NCBI GenBank assembly: GCA_964016885.1
Contig: OZ024747.1
Coordinates: forward strand, 91,946,001-92,010,000
Direction of reading: 5' to 3'
DNA length: 64,000 nucleotides
Source: Eledone cirrhosa
Lineage: Eukaryota
Part shown: positions 1-19,500 of the stretch, in pieces
Layout: each line of letters opens with the position of its first letter
Numbering within the stretch: position 1 is the first letter of the stretch
Notes under the pieces: generated by a model
What the model saw: only the letters and a program-made list of their open reading frames with translations
The model's database searches: none
What the model was told of the DNA's origin: nothing
Translations under genes and position numbers: made by a program

Positions 1-374
1 GTAATTAACTGCCCACACGTCTCAACCTGAAACCAAGTACAAAGGAGACAGTAAACTAATAATTCACTGAGTTTTCTTATCAGAGTAGAGAACGGAAGAG
101 AGGGTAGAAGAGTATACTTGCCATATATGAAATCAAGTAGTACTAGAAAGTGGAAAACGAGCGGGAAATATATTTAAGAATCTCTCAATTGTGTGAGTAT
201 AGTTATTTATAAAACTATAGAGAAAAGGGTAGTGGAAGAGTAAGGAGAGAATGTAAGTGTAGTGCTATATAAGGTTATTAGTGAAAGAGAATGGAGACAG
301 GTGAAAGAAATGAAGCCCATGTAGAGAAATTGCTTGATATTAATTTATCAAAACATATTGAGAAAGGGATAATT

Positions 375-561
375 AATTGTTTCTACTTTTTGGCACAAGG
401 CCAGCAATTATCCAGTATAAATACTGGTACTTTATTTTATCGACTCCATAAGGATGAAAGGCAAAGTTAACCTTGGCAGGATTTGAACTCAGATCGTAAA
501 GGGACGTAACTACGCTGGAAAGCATGTCCGACCCTCTACCGATACTGCCAATTCACCGCCC
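375..561 (-). mobile_element. Full-length tRNA-derived SINE (main family of this window)
   Basis: Minus strand has an A-box-like TGGCAGTATCGG, a B-box GAGTTCAAATCC, the core TTTGCCTTTCATCCTTA..GGGTCGATAAAATAAAGTACC and the 3' end GGCCTTGTGCCAAAAAGTAGAAACAATT. TSD tgagaaagggataattaat at 359-377 and 562-580. Confidence 0.92.
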
Positions 562-615
562 TGAGAAAGGGATAATTAATATGTAACAAATTGCACTGTA
601 ATATGAATGTATTAA

Positions 616-730
616 TGAGTTCAAATCCCGCCGAGGTTGACTTTGCCTTTCATCCTTACGGGGTCGATAAAATAAAGTACCAGTAATGAACTGGTTATTT
701 GCTGGCCTTGTGCCTAAAGTAGAAACAATT
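616..730 (+). mobile_element. 5'-truncated main-family SINE
   Basis: Starts at the B-box (tgagttcaaatcccg) and runs to gtagaaacaatt. Confidence 0.9.
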
Positions 731-774
731 AATGAGATATGTATTAATGAGAGATATGTATTAAAGAGAGAAGA

Positions 775-961
775 CGGGGGATTGGCAGTATCGGTAGAGG
801 GTCGGACGCCATGCTTTGACGCATAGAGTAACTGCCCTTGCCATTCTGAGTTCAAATCCCGCCAAGGTTAAGTTTGCCTTTCATCCTTACGGGGTCGATA
901 AAATAAAGTACCAGTAATACACTGGGTAGTTGCTGGCCTTGTGCCAAAAGTAGAAACAATT
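775..961 (+). mobile_element. Near full-length main-family SINE
   Basis: attggcagtatcggtagagggtcggacg ... gagttcaaatccc ... gtagaaacaatt. Confidence 0.92.
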
Positions 962-3338
962 AATGAGATAAGGTGAGAGTGATAGAGAAGTCAAGAGATA
1001 GAGTTGAATATTACCTGTAAGCCACACATGCTGTGTTATATGAGGTTATCGGTGAGAAAGGATTTTGAGTACGGTGTGGTACATACGGTCAGATCAAACA
1101 TTTCTAAGACTTCATATTTAGTTTGAAGAATAATGAGCATATATCAATATTATATGCTTTCTTCTTCAAAGTAATCTCCATCAGTTGAGAGTCACTAGCT
1201 AAAAGGCTGATGATACTTTCACAAATGAAGTTGTGTAAATGCTATGTGATTATATATGCTTTCATGCATCGTCAGAATATAGTCAAAGGCTTCTTCCTTT
1301 CTGTTTCATAATAGTGTTGGCGCAATGTATGTGTGATATTGAAGGTGGAATATCAGGTGTGTATTTGAAAACATGTACAAGAGCTAGTACTTATAAATTT
1401 TGATGTGAAAGTACAGTTTTGCCCTAATATACCCACACGCAAATCAAAAATAGATACCTTGGAACCCCAGATAGCCTAGTGTTCGATACTGCGAAAATGA
1501 AATACATCTATTTCCTCAGGGGTTTGTTTTTTCACTTGATAGGGCACAAGAACGGTAACTAAGCAGTATATCTCTGCTGCGCTGAACAGACAATGTGACA
1601 ACAGTATTTCCGTGGAAAACGAGCAGTGACAACTGCTGCGCCAACCAATTTAACAGTGTAAATCGGTAGTCCGTGGACTGAGGAGACGGGACGTTTCGAC
1701 CGAAGTTGCCCCAAAAGGAAGCGATCAGTCACTTCCCGATATCTGAATATCATCTGCTAAGGGCATTCGTATAAGGACTTCAAGTCAACAAGAAGCTGTT
1801 TGGTGATACGTTTTATCGAACACCTAATGGAGAAACTATAGAACATCTGGTTTCATTTGCATTAAGCTACTGTGAGTAGAAAATTCTCTCTAGACACGAC
1901 ACAATTCCGCGAATCTCCCGCTGCTGGTACTCACAACTTGACACACGAATTGCCTAGAAGAACGTAAAATATAAGGATTTGCTGAAAGAAAAGCTCACTA
2001 CCAGTCAAAGAATTAAACTCGCGTGTGTATCAGCCTCACAACTAATGTATTATAAGTGAAAATGTAGTATATATATATATCATGTATCGAAATAAACTAA
2101 TCCTCACTGCAACTTTACTACATACGGTAGATATTATGATTTCATTCTAAGGTTTTATATAAATAGATAATTTGAAATATATAACTACATTTCTTTAACT
2201 GTATTGATATTTGATGAGGCTATAACATTACAACGACCTTCGTCTTAACATAGGTTTATATTACACTCGCAATCACAAAATTTCAAACGGCATTTTGCAG
2301 TTTTTATTTTAATTTTCGACCATTGTTGCGCCTCTATTTTAGTTATTATATGATGGATGCTTAATACATTACATTCTTAGCTAACATTATTTTGATAAAT
2401 ATACATTTTCTAATGTCGGCAGTTTTTCCTAGCCATACTACAAACCACTAACGCGAGAATATTATCATCCATATTATTCGCAAAGCAATGTTGGTGGTTA
2501 AACTCTGCAAATACATCCAGAAGAAAAGTAATGAATCATTGTTATGTGCAGTATTATATAAACACGAAAAATTAGCTAAACGTAACCAGATTTATAGCTT
2601 TTTAACGTATAATGAAGTTACTGAAAAAGAAAAGAATACAATGCATAGCGAGAAATATAAAACGTAGTAACTGAAAATATCTCTACTGGATAAAATAAAA
2701 ATAAATCACTTCAATAACAGTTTTGTTGTTTTGTCAAATAGCTATTTACCACCATTGAATCTTGGTATAAGGAATATATACATACATTGTACAGATGTAG
2801 AATATATAACCATGATATTAAATGTACACAATCCATGATACACAACCTCACACATTTCAAATAGATAGTTTTATTGTATCTGATTACCTCGCACCACGAC
2901 CTGACATTTTCCACGAAACTTAATGATGATGATTTTTTAAGTGTGACAAAATATTCCATTGTAAAATTGATGCTCACATTACACAACTTGTGAATTCATC
3001 TAATGAGGATTTTCCGTGTGCCCTAGAGGGTACTTAAATCTCATAAACTTACTTCCTGTATGTCATTCCAGAAAAGAGCTTGTACCACAGAAACAAATCT
3101 TAAAATCCTTAACCCTCTAGAGTCAAATACTCCTTGACAAGAGTTCTTCTTTCATGTTATTTTACAGTGACTATAATAGTCTGACATAGAGATCATGATT
3201 ATCTGATTAGCCCTGCCTAAGCTCCCCCTAAACCTGTTCACCTGGCATACATTTACTAACACCCATTTATATATATATTTATCTTCACCCAACATTTGAC
3301 TTTTAGTTAGTGTTCCACCTAATAATTGTATCATTCTA

Positions 3339-3660
3339 GAACTCCATTCTTACACTCGTCTCCTTCAACGTATTCAGAACATAAGCTGGCGACATCTACC
3401 TTTGAGAGAGATATATGCCGGCCTCCCACGCATATCTGACGTTGTACGTAAAAGGAGAGTAAGATTTGCTGACCACAGTCCTCGTGCCACCTACGAGGCT
3501 GTGTCCCCATTAGTGCTTTGGAAACCACAAACAGCCACTAATAACAGGGGGCGCAAGCTCTGCTACTCCGATGTCATCTCCAGAGATTCTGGTATTAAAA
3601 TCCAGGACTTAGCAACGGCAATGAACGACAGACCCACGTGCAGATCAACTGTTGGTCGAT
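3339..3660 (+). pseudogene. RTE-clade LINE 3' fragment (C-terminal part of ORF)
   Basis: Translation YTRLLQRIQNISWRH..REIYAGLPRISDVVRKRRVRFADH..R..LVLWKP..RGR..AMNDR resembles the RTE C-terminal RRLRFAGH..R and DR..WR motifs. Confidence 0.75.
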
Positions 3661-4170
3661 TTCGGATGATGAGAACTCCATTAAATAATCGAGGACAATT
3701 TTCTCGAATCCTTTGAAATGAAACGTTATCGTAGGAAAGCATGGCTTTCTCTTCTTTCATTTCTTTAAAAATTATGTACTAAAATAAAATTAAATAGTTT
3801 TGATATGTGTAGGTGGCGAGGGATGACACACACCTCTCTGTACAATACATTCGACGATAACTATTGTAATATTCTGTGTAGATAGTAAACTAGAGATATG
3901 TTGTTCATAATATTATATATGCGACAGACTTGCATACAAGTGAGATCCATATAAACCAGTTAGGCTTGTATAAATATTGATCTTTTTTTCCACTTGACAA
4001 GAGTATGTTTTATTTAAGGAGCGGTAGGAACGATAATGTCCATGTATTTTACACAAGCATCGGCACTATTGCCGAAGAAAAATAGGTTTAAGCAAGAATT
4101 GCAAAAAGCCACAAATACGTAGATAATGAGTATAGAAGAATAGTATAAATGATTCAATATATATATAATA

Positions 4171-4425
4171 AAACAAGGACGAATGGTTACCCTTTCGTTA
4201 CGTTTATTGGTAGGTAACACGCGTTTCGCTATTGATCAGTTCAAGGTTCGATCTGTATCGACCTAGCCCGACTCTGTAATCAATGGCTCCTCAATTCCTC
4301 TGTGGTAGTAATGACAGAATATACTAAACTCTCTCTAGCTCTTCACCTCTATACTGACGTGAACCTAAACATTGAGAGCTCATCCGGGTGAACCTACAGT
4401 AACTCCGCGTTACACTCCCTGGATA
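4171..4425. mobile_element. Short non-autonomous repeat in (TA)n, possibly Penelope-like pLTR-derived
   Basis: Homologous pieces at 34081-34452 (rearranged) and 44031-44082 (internally deleted). Ends gttacactccctggatata. Minus strand has CGAAACGCGTG..AATAAA. Confidence 0.65.
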
Positions 4426-5096
4426 TATATATATTCCCAAGAATATGAATCATAATTGTTCTCTGCATTCAGCAGAATACACACTGAGGTCATAACTGCA
4501 ACGATTTCAACTCGATACGTATAAAAGTGATTATTTAAAATGGAGAACGATATTATTCTGTTTATATATTATCCATCTTTAGATACGGTGCAAATATTAA
4601 GTAAATACCATGTGAATGTATATATATTGAAAAAAATAAAAGATTTGAATAGATTTTCTTTTAAAAGAATATTAGTAAAAAATAATCCATTTTTCGAGAA
4701 AGGCAAAAAAATAATCCTGTCAGTATCAGAATAACTCGCTGCCAGATAGAAAGTGTAATGTCTCTGAACACCTATATACATTCAAAAGGAGAGCGGAAAA
4801 TGCGTAATATATTGGTTACAATACTGTATAGAAAAATGACAAATGTGATAATGTTTAGAATTTAGATTGTGTAAACAAAAAATAAAACAGAAATAAAACG
4901 AACGTTATCTGCTACAATATTTATAATATTTATCATGCCAGATAGGATCATATATGAATACAATAAATCATAACTTAAAGAGAAGACTTTTAGGCAGTAC
5001 GAGTTGATTGCAAGTATAGGTATATGTATACACACGACGTGTGTGCGGGTTTCTGTACGTATTTCTTTAAACACGAACTCGTTCACACACATATAG

Positions 5097-5097
<1 letters not shown>

Positions 5098-5180
<83 letters not shown>

Positions 5181-5231
5181 ATATATACAGATGGATAGAG
5201 AGAGAGAGAGAATGAGTGAGAGAGAGAGAGA

Positions 5232-5297
<66 letters not shown>
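5098..5297. repeat. Compound (TA)n-(GA)n microsatellite
   Basis: Direct reading. Confidence 0.97.
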
Positions 5298-5298
<1 letters not shown>

Positions 5299-5771
5299 TG
5301 GAGTATGAGGTGTATATAGACGTTGTAAAAACGAGAGAAAAACCACACAATTCATGTAACTAGATTATACGTCCATTCAAAGCTGATGGTTACCTCCCCT
5401 ACTATTTCGCGTTTTTCGTGTCACGCTATCTTCCAAACACAAAACATAAGGAGAACGTGGATTGAGGATTTTATTGCACACGCAAAGGTGAATTTCGTCG
5501 TCCAGTTTGATGTTATGGTAAGCCGTTAACAATGGTGGCTGTGCTGGCTGACGATGGGAGAGAGGGGATTTTTAACACAACTTAATCCATATGTTACTTA
5601 AAGTCAGGGGCAGTTGCTATTATTATAGAGACAGTGAGGGTAAACTCATAGCTGTAGAGTTCTATTTAAGGGAATTACTACTGTGATATGTTACAGCATA
5701 TTTTGAACCAATGATATGAGCAGGTTGTAGTTTAGAATTATTAACTAGTCTGTAATTAACTACCAACTGTA

Positions 5772-5886
5772 ATAATAATAGTTTCTACTTTTGGCACAAG
5801 GCCAACCAATTATATCAGTACATTACTGGTACTTTATTTTATCGACCCCGTAAAGATGAAAGTGGAAGGATAGGATTTGAACTCAG
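5772..5886 (-). mobile_element. 5'-truncated main-family SINE
   Basis: gtttctacttttggcacaaggcc ... ttttatcgaccccgta ... ggatttgaactcag. Confidence 0.85.
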
Positions 5887-7093
5887 CTGTAATAATAAAG
5901 TCAAATGCAGACCACTCGTTGAGGAGGAGAAAACAGTTAATAAAATCATCACATGCACTTGACTTATTTTGTGGATCTCAGAGGGATGAAGATTAACATG
6001 TATTTCGGGGAGATTTGAAACCATATTGCTCTAGCAAAACCGGAGATTTAGTTGTATAGTTTGATATCTGTTGAATATAATGAGAAAAACAATTAAATAT
6101 ATAAAATTATATGCATTAATATATATTAACACAAGAAAATATTATGTTCTTTCCTAATTACATCATCATAGAACAGACGTTTAGTGCACCAATAATTTTA
6201 TCGATACTACAAGTAATATTTGTTGAAAAAAATATTTTGAGAAATCTGGAATGAAAACTTATGATAGAACAAACTTGAAGGATTTTCACCCAACGTTGCT
6301 GTAAATTATGCAACTAATACTGTATCATTTTATTCCCTAATTACAAGTGTTAAGACTACAATACGTAACTGAGGCCCCAAATACTTCCCAATTTTCCATC
6401 TTGGAATTATAATAATTTGAATATATCCTTTGATTTAAAACTGAGTAACATGAAATACTGTTTGATGTCCAACTTACATACAATATTTTTACGTGTTAAA
6501 GTACCATCAAAATGAAGAAATGTCATCAATTATTTCGAAATGGGGAAATGAATAGATTTCATTATTTTACGATTCATAAAAGAGTTGATTGGTGCGAACC
6601 ATAGTTATCACATGCTTGAAATAGGAATGTGTAAGCGCAGTTGCAGTATTAGTAGTATATTTAGTAGTTTGCGTTGATATCAAGTTCATTTTTTGTTTAA
6701 TTCGATTTTATTTATTTTTTATCGATGCATATATTATTTTATGTAGTATATAAAAATATATGCATACGACCATTTATTCCAGATTATTTATGAAGTATTT
6801 TTATTTTCGATCGCAAACTAGTTGGGAATAATTGCTGAATATCTCCAAGGTTTTGTAAGCCTAATATGACGCATAGCACAGTGGTAAACAGTCATAATGT
6901 GACTTAGAGTTATAAGGTTTTGAATAGACAGAAAAACGCCAGAAAAAATGAGGTGGTTTGATCAACGCGAAATACTTACTTTTTCTTTCATATCAATGTA
7001 CACAGAATATAATGTTTGATACAACGTAGCTGTAAGTTATGGAGCGAAATCAGTAGCTCTCTCTCTCTGTCTGTCTCTCTCCTTCTCTCTCTC

Positions 7094-7171
<78 letters not shown>

Positions 7172-7190
7172 TATATATATAAATAATAAA

Positions 7191-7346
7191 TAAATAATTA
7201 ATAAATCAACTAATACCTTAATACTGCACACAAAGTAAAACATTTCGTTTTAATCATTTTCTAACCCAGAAAAAAGACAGAAAGAAACAAAAAAGGAAAG
7301 AAAATTATTTTTCTTCCTAATAATCGTCTCTTTCTACCTGTTTTCA
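7191..7346. repeat. Dispersed repeat between (TA)n arrays; second copy at ~30199-30350
   Basis: Shared cacacaaagtaaaa..ttttctaacccagaaaaaaga..tttttcttcctaataatcgtct in the same orientation. Confidence 0.8.
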
Positions 7347-7366
7347 TATATATATGTATATATATA

Positions 7367-7525
7367 ATCATCATCATTTCATTTTACGTCCACTTTTTCC
7401 CTGCTTGCAAGGGTGGGACGGAAACTGATTTTGGCTTTATTTCTACAGCTGGATGCCCTTCCTAACACCAACCTCATTTACAGTGAGTGGTGGGTGCTTT
7501 TTTGCCGTGGCACCTCCACGACCAC
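7367..7525 (-). mobile_element. RTE-type 3' tail fragment (RTE 3' UTR or RTE-dependent SINE)
   Basis: Reverse complement GTTGGTGTTAGGAAGGGCATCCAGCTGTAGAAA ... GTGGACGTAAAA..(GAT)n matches the 3' end of the LINE at 12250-12414. Confidence 0.8.
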
Positions 7526-7641
7526 TTTGCAGTGGAATGATATGGACCCCAGTCCTATCATCTCATTTCTACAGCTGAGTAAACTGGAGTAATGTGAAAT
7601 AAAGTGTCTTGCTCAAGGAAACAACACAGCACCCAGTTTGA

Positions 7642-7961
<320 letters not shown>

Positions 7962-8110
7962 TGGAGGCACATAGCTTAGTGGTTAGAGCATTGGCCTTGC
8001 AAAAGAAAGGTTGTGAGTTCAATTCTCAAACTGGGTGATGTGTTGTTTCCTTGAGCAAGACAGTTTATTTCACATTACTCCAGTTTACTCAGCTGTAGAA
8101 ATGAGATGAT
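7962..8110 (+). mobile_element. Second tRNA-derived SINE family (V-domain-like core), 3'-truncated; inverted partial copy at 7556-7645
   Basis: A-box tagcttagtggttag, B-box gagttcaattc, then tgttgtttccttgagcaagaca..ctccagtttactcagctg. Confidence 0.8.
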
Positions 8111-8193
8111 ATATATATATATATATTATATTATATATATATATATTATGGAATACTGTTGGCTTTTTGCTACAATACCTTTCTATATCTTTC

Positions 8194-12986
<4,793 letters not shown>

Positions 12987-15900
12987 GTGCGTGTGTACGC
13001 GTGTATGTGTGTGTTTATATGTATGTATTTTTGTATTTATATATGTTTGGAGCATTTATACGAATAATAATTTTGCAATTATAACGACAATATTTCAAAG
13101 CAATTAGCGCATCTGAAAGTAAAAATTATAAAGTTAGAGCAGCACTGTAATGTTACACAATTACAAATATCACGAAGATACAAGTGTCATGTTTAAATAA
13201 ATGCACGTATTCGAGCGATAGCGAGTAGGACGAATAGCAGTAAACCCTTCCCTAACTTGCCCATCATTCCGTTTTCGGAAAATAAGTCCCTAGCGAGCTT
13301 GTTGGAGGTCAGATTAATTGAGAGCTCGAAAAATCCTAATTATTATGAATTTTATTTGGTGTTATTACAAAAAAAAACTTCTTTCTATAAGTATATAGAC
13401 ATTCTATAATACCACACAATTAAATACCATCATGCACATGTATGTTTTCCCATTTAAATCTATTTTCACATGAATTTTACTTTTAACAAAAGCAGAGAAG
13501 CAATGAGTGTGGGATTTTGAATGCATGATAATCAACTGTCATAATTTAGCAGGGATTTAGTGGAAATAAAACAGAAGCGACAACTTTGAATTCAAAAGTA
13601 GAAATTATTCATTTCTATATACATAAAAAGAACATTCTGTAATCCTCAATCTTAGGTAGTGTGCAATCATTTCATATTACAGAAAAAAAAGGGAGAAAAT
13701 ATTTTCTATTTTATACCCTGTGGTTTCATAATTCGAAAACGATTGTTTTCAATACAAGCTTTTCGTGAACTTATATTTTCTTTGTAGAACATGAAACAGA
13801 GTTTACAAGTTTTGTCACGCTGCATCATACATGTATTCTGGTATATGAAAGCAAGCCTTACTTCGAGGACAATTGTTATAAAACTTATTACCAGATTATA
13901 TTATTTCATATACTAATTATAAGTTTGAATTCAACTTTCATTGTTAATTTTAGTTTACAATTGAACTATTTCTGTCTACAAAGAATTTCAGATTGCTTTA
14001 TGTAAACTTCCAGTGATGCAGTTACTGCATAGCAATTTCATTGTCCTGAGTTAGATAGATACTTTTTAGAGATGCCGTGCTGTTTTATCTGTTGTATTTT
14101 CTGTTGTTATGCGTCAATTAAGCAAATATTCTGAAATGCTTGTAAGATGCAAAATAACTTGTTTCTATTTGAAATATTTTAAGTTTGCAATACTATATAT
14201 ATATATCAAATCGAAAATTCATGATACATAATATATATCTGCATTGATTTAATAGTTGCATGGCTCCCGCTTTATCGATTATAATATCAATGAATAAACC
14301 TTCCTTTATTCTTGCCACCGGAGTGATAACCCATTATAAATTTCTAACCAATCCCACCGTTATTCACAAATTGCGATGCTAAAAACAATTGATAAATGAT
14401 TATTAACCATGAAAAAGTAAACTTTAATCCGTTTTACATCCTTACTCAGTCATGATGAATCCTTATTCTAGCGGTAGTGTAGGGAAGTGTTAGCATAATT
14501 TGAGTGGTCTCCGAATCTATGCTGTACCCAGGTATAATTGATAATATATTTGTTGCCTCAACCTGCAAACAGATCTCTTTCAACTTACATCTTATATTTA
14601 TATATAAATTAGTATATTTTCCCCCTAAAAATGATAGGATGCTTACAGCCGGAATATCTTTCATCGAAGATCGGCTTACTCAGAGTAGAACTCAAGCTCA
14701 AAATCATCAACAATACCTTTCATATAACTAACTATTAAAACATAACCATTCCTTATTTATCTAACAAGAAACCCAAAGCAAATTAATGAGTAAAGTTCAA
14801 TACCCAGTACATTCATCTCAAAATAACACTGTTCAAATAATGAAATTATCAAGCTTTATTCTTGTTTAAAATAATTTAATTCGCCTTTCAAAGATACCGA
14901 TATTTTGGAAGACTTCGGCTCAACATAATCCAACACCTTTATTTAGTCTATAGACTTTCGGTTTTAATCCCATGTAAGAAATCAATAATTCAGTAATTAA
15001 AGAACCAAATGTTTTGTACAGACCATTAGATTTCTCCGATACCGAATACGTGTATGTATGTAATCGAAATACACAGTTAGATTCGGTTTCGCAGTTAAGA
15101 GTTAACGATAAAGTATAACGTTTGTTAACTTAATTACTTTCTTGTAGATTTTAAAAGAAAGCTTGTCGATGTAGCTTCTCCTAATTAGCTTTCCACTCAA
15201 ATAATATTGCCAGTCATAATGTATTTTATAATCTTTTATATCTGAAAGAGTTTTACCGTTTCAAAATGCCTAAATAGCACAATGTTTTATATACAACTTA
15301 CTTTTTATATTCCATAAATTGGGAAATGACTTTTATCACATTGAAATCTTCTCATGTATAAGATGAATAACATAGTTCTTTTATATTATCTAGGTATTTA
15401 TTCACTTCAGAGATAACGCTGGCTGTGCCAGTCTTAACCCATTCGATTTAAGCAAGTCTTATAATGTTTTCTTTGTTGATAAGCATGTAACATTTTCAAA
15501 TTTTAAGAGTCCTAAAGCATTTTTAATGATCTTATAATCCATGAAAGATAATTATTGAAACCGAATTTCTGATATAAATATACATCATTCATTTTATTTT
15601 AAAATACATGTTCACTTGAAAATGCATTATGATATATATATTTATGTACGTACTCACATACTCACACATACATTCATGTGTGTGTGTTTGTATATATTAT
15701 CATCATATTATTTTCTATAGTGTAGCAATATTTCACAGTAAATGTTCTTTTGAGTATAACAAATATTCGAGCGCGAAAGATATTTCGAGGAATTATTTTC
15801 CTTTAATCATTCAAAATATCACGTTATAAGATTATTATATTTATTTCCTTTCAATTAACTCTTTGGATATCTGTATATATTCACACAATGAATTTGAAAT

Positions 15901-16994
15901 GTTCTGCTTGGTATATAACGATCCAGAGGATCCATTGAACTGTATTAAATGTGTAGTAATCTGGCAAATACGACATAGGATATAAACCTTTGTTCCGTAT
16001 TGTATACATGTAACCAGAGTGAGACATAAATTATTAATAATTAGTAAATATATGTAGAGTACACATAAATCTAAATCAGTCAGCAAATATTTAACTTCAT
16101 CAAAACACATATCATGACTTCTGAACCATGTAACGAAAATATATACGCATTTAACCTATCAGGAAATTAGTCACCGTTATGTTGGTGAAGTTAGTTACAT
16201 TTAAGTTGAGTTGTATTCACTCTGAGACGTTAGAGGGGAGATTAAAATGTCTGGTCGCATTTGTTCTTTATTTTTGTTTACTGAGTTCGTGGGTGGTTTA
16301 TATAATCCGTTTCTCAGTTTAATACCTTACTTGCATTTAGTGGAGTTCACACTGTTGCAAGAATTGAAGCCATGTTTCCGATTTCATTAAAGCTTCAGTT
16401 TTTTCAGTTGGAGGGTCTGATAAATGAAAAGGCTATGAACGCTGCTCATCGTTTCCATGGCTTTGCATTGCAAAATATGAGTTACTTATGTATGCGTAGA
16501 GGATATTTCTTTTTATCTCTATCCGTTGGTAACTATTTATTTTGTGTGGAACTGCTAACTGAAGGTATCAATTGAGGCTCGCTTCCTGGGGGTATCAAAA
16601 ACGGGATCAGCCCGTTCTTTTCTGATATTGTTTCTCATGGAAACCTTAACATTTGGTCCTCCCTTGTTTTAACACTCCTCGACTAAAAGTATCTATTATA
16701 CAACAACCGATGCCTTGATTTTATTACTATTGTCAGATCGAGGATGTTGACCGTACCGTATAGGCTCTTAGATAAGAGATTATATATATATATTGTATAT
16801 ATATGTCTAAATTTATTGATCTGTATTAATAATAAATATTTGCTCTACGGGTTTATACAAACTTATACATATAAAATCCTTAACGCAACTTTGCTGTATA
16901 GGGAGGTGCATTTCTAAGGTCATTTAGCCCGGGTTGTATCTGCTCACGTGATCGTAATGTTTCCATGCAGCCATTAAATCCATTATTATTTCTA

Positions 16995-17082
16995 TTGCCT
17001 TTCATCCTTACGGGGTCGATAAAATAAAGTACCAGTAATGTACTGGGTAATTGCTGGCCTTGTGCCTAAAGTAGAATCAATT
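16995..17082 (+). mobile_element. 5'-truncated main-family SINE with 13-bp TSD
   Basis: TSD attatttctattg at 16985-16997 and 17080-17092. Confidence 0.92.
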
Positions 17083-17322
17083 ATTTCTATTGTACAGGGA
17101 ACCAGCCCAGAATTGTTACTTTTAAAGGCAATTAGCCCTCGTAGAGGCTATGTCTATTCTTTTTGACAATTGGGTGTCATCAAACTTTCGATGATTTGCA
17201 GCGTAAAACTTATCGGGCTTGACAACTGCATCATACTATGAATCGGAATAGCAAATATATCATATGTTGTTTTATTTCCTGGAACTATTCATTTAGGCTA
17301 AATATATATTTATATATATATA

Positions 17323-17380
<58 letters not shown>

Positions 17381-19500
17381 AATAATCGAAGCGTTGAGCG
17401 GTTTGAATAGGAACATGTCTTGCACACAGTTTTATGATACATGCACTTAAATATAATGCAGTAATTAAGCTTTTCAAGAAATTTATTATTATGAGACCAT
17501 AAATGTTTCTTGCCATCAAAATAGAGGAATATCTATTCTTCTTTATCAAACATATTTTTCCTGATCCTATTGAAATATATTTGATACCCCTTATTGCTTT
17601 CTTTTCATATAATTAATTATTTATGTTATGTACACTCTGTTAAATCTTCGCACATTTTTGTTAGATTTAAATAAACGCACTACATAGCCAGGTAAATCTG
17701 AGGTAATGGTAAATAAGGATGGAATTGATAACATTCATTAAAGAAAAAATATATATATAATTGGATTATATAGCAAATTGGATGGAGATTATTATCCTAA
17801 TATTGTATTAAACAGCTGCATGTATCGTAGAACATATGTGTAAACATCCACATTTTCATATTCAAATTAAAATATAGATATTTATGTATGCATACTTATG
17901 TAGTCAATTACATATATGGCAGTAACACGCACATATAATAACTGATAGCATTTATGTACGATACACAATTATTTGCTTTTTTAAATGAAGGTGAATGTGG
18001 AGTTAGACTATGTTGAATGTCCAAAACGCCATTCAACTAATAGCTGAAAAGATTTTATCAAATATATAAATCCATATAAACTAAAGGAATTTACTGTGTA
18101 AAGATTTTAAAAGAAACTCATATAACAATACACTACCCGATGAAACTAATTAAAATACATTTTTTTATTGAGACTAAAATAAATCAATACCAGCTACCTA
18201 ATCCATATAACAGTGCTATGTCCCTAGATCATAACCATTTCACTTGAGTTCCCGGAAAGGAAAGTCAAATTCACATGACTGAAAAGCTACTGTATGTTTA
18301 GCACATCGATGAAACGTTTCAGATATCGATGTTTATTTTTATTCATGTGTTACATTGAACTTTGCATTATCTTAACATAAAGTGTAAATGTTTTCATTGC
18401 ATTGTCAAACGTATGTTTGCTCATGTTACAAAAAAATATCCCGCTGCATTCTTACATTACTCAACAATTTTAGGGCCTTTAGAATAACCGATCTCTTATG
18501 TATGGGATTTCATTTACTCTATTATACCCTTCTGTGTGACTGTATTAGAATCGGACTGAAATATTCTTATTTTGTAGACCTATATTTAATAAATGAAGTA
18601 TTTTTATTTGTTTTTTACGCACTAACCTATACAATGTAAGCTACACAATGTTTATGTAGTCATTATCTGCGTGATGTTCTGCATGTTGTCAATAAGTGTA
18701 GAAGCTGGAGTTTTAGTTATAATTTACCAACCTCTTTTCTTTTCCATTCACGAGCTATATTATAGGGAGTATTTATGTGTCCACTCCAACCATCTTGATT
18801 ATCTCTATTCCTAAATGCGTATAATTCACCATTCCTCTTAGGGGCATATTATAATGTGCTGGGAACTAATCTTTTAGGGGCTGTTTGACAATGCTATTTG
18901 CCAATTCTAGGTGAATTCATTCTCAGTGGATTCGCACTTCACCTGGCATGGTTATGTTACTTCCCTAGGACATTTTCACAAAGTTATTCCCTTTCTTTCG
19001 ATATTATACTGGCTCAACGTCCAGTATATAAAAGGTTTAAGTTGGTCGTACATGTACTTCTGTATTCTTTAAACTAAGCGTGGGCAGTCAGGAACAATGG
19101 CGTTAATTATTTCTTCATAACATCCACAAACTATGCAGTTATATCAAGTATTATTCTTCATATACTTTTCATTGCGTAGATCACAATTATTATTCCTTTC
19201 TTGTCAGCCATGACTCCTCAACGTTTCAGTCGGTGCTACGATATGTTTTTTTGTCTATATCTATCCTATTTAGCTGGGGGAGGGGGTATTCATTAACTAT
19301 GTATGGGATTTACTCATTAATGTCTCTTCATGTCATGCTGTAGCTCAGTTTTATCGCAGTGTTTAGCTAGTTCGCACTTTATCTTCATGCTTCTTGTCTC
19401 TTCATAACTGGCTCTCACTTCCAATTCTGTTTTGTATTTTCTTGTTACCCACAAAAAGATAAAATATATGTTTGTCCGTGTTTTCTAGCTATTTATATAA

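Noticed and set aside
775-860. tRNA gene
   Set aside because: The A/B boxes belong to SINE heads; there is no complete cloverleaf and the sequence continues into the SINE body.
1690-1730. Hammerhead-like CTGATCG...GAAACGTC on the minus strand
   Set aside because: The core deviates and no stem I pairing is possible. The surrounding 1.5-1.9 kb may be an old LINE relic but is too decayed to call.
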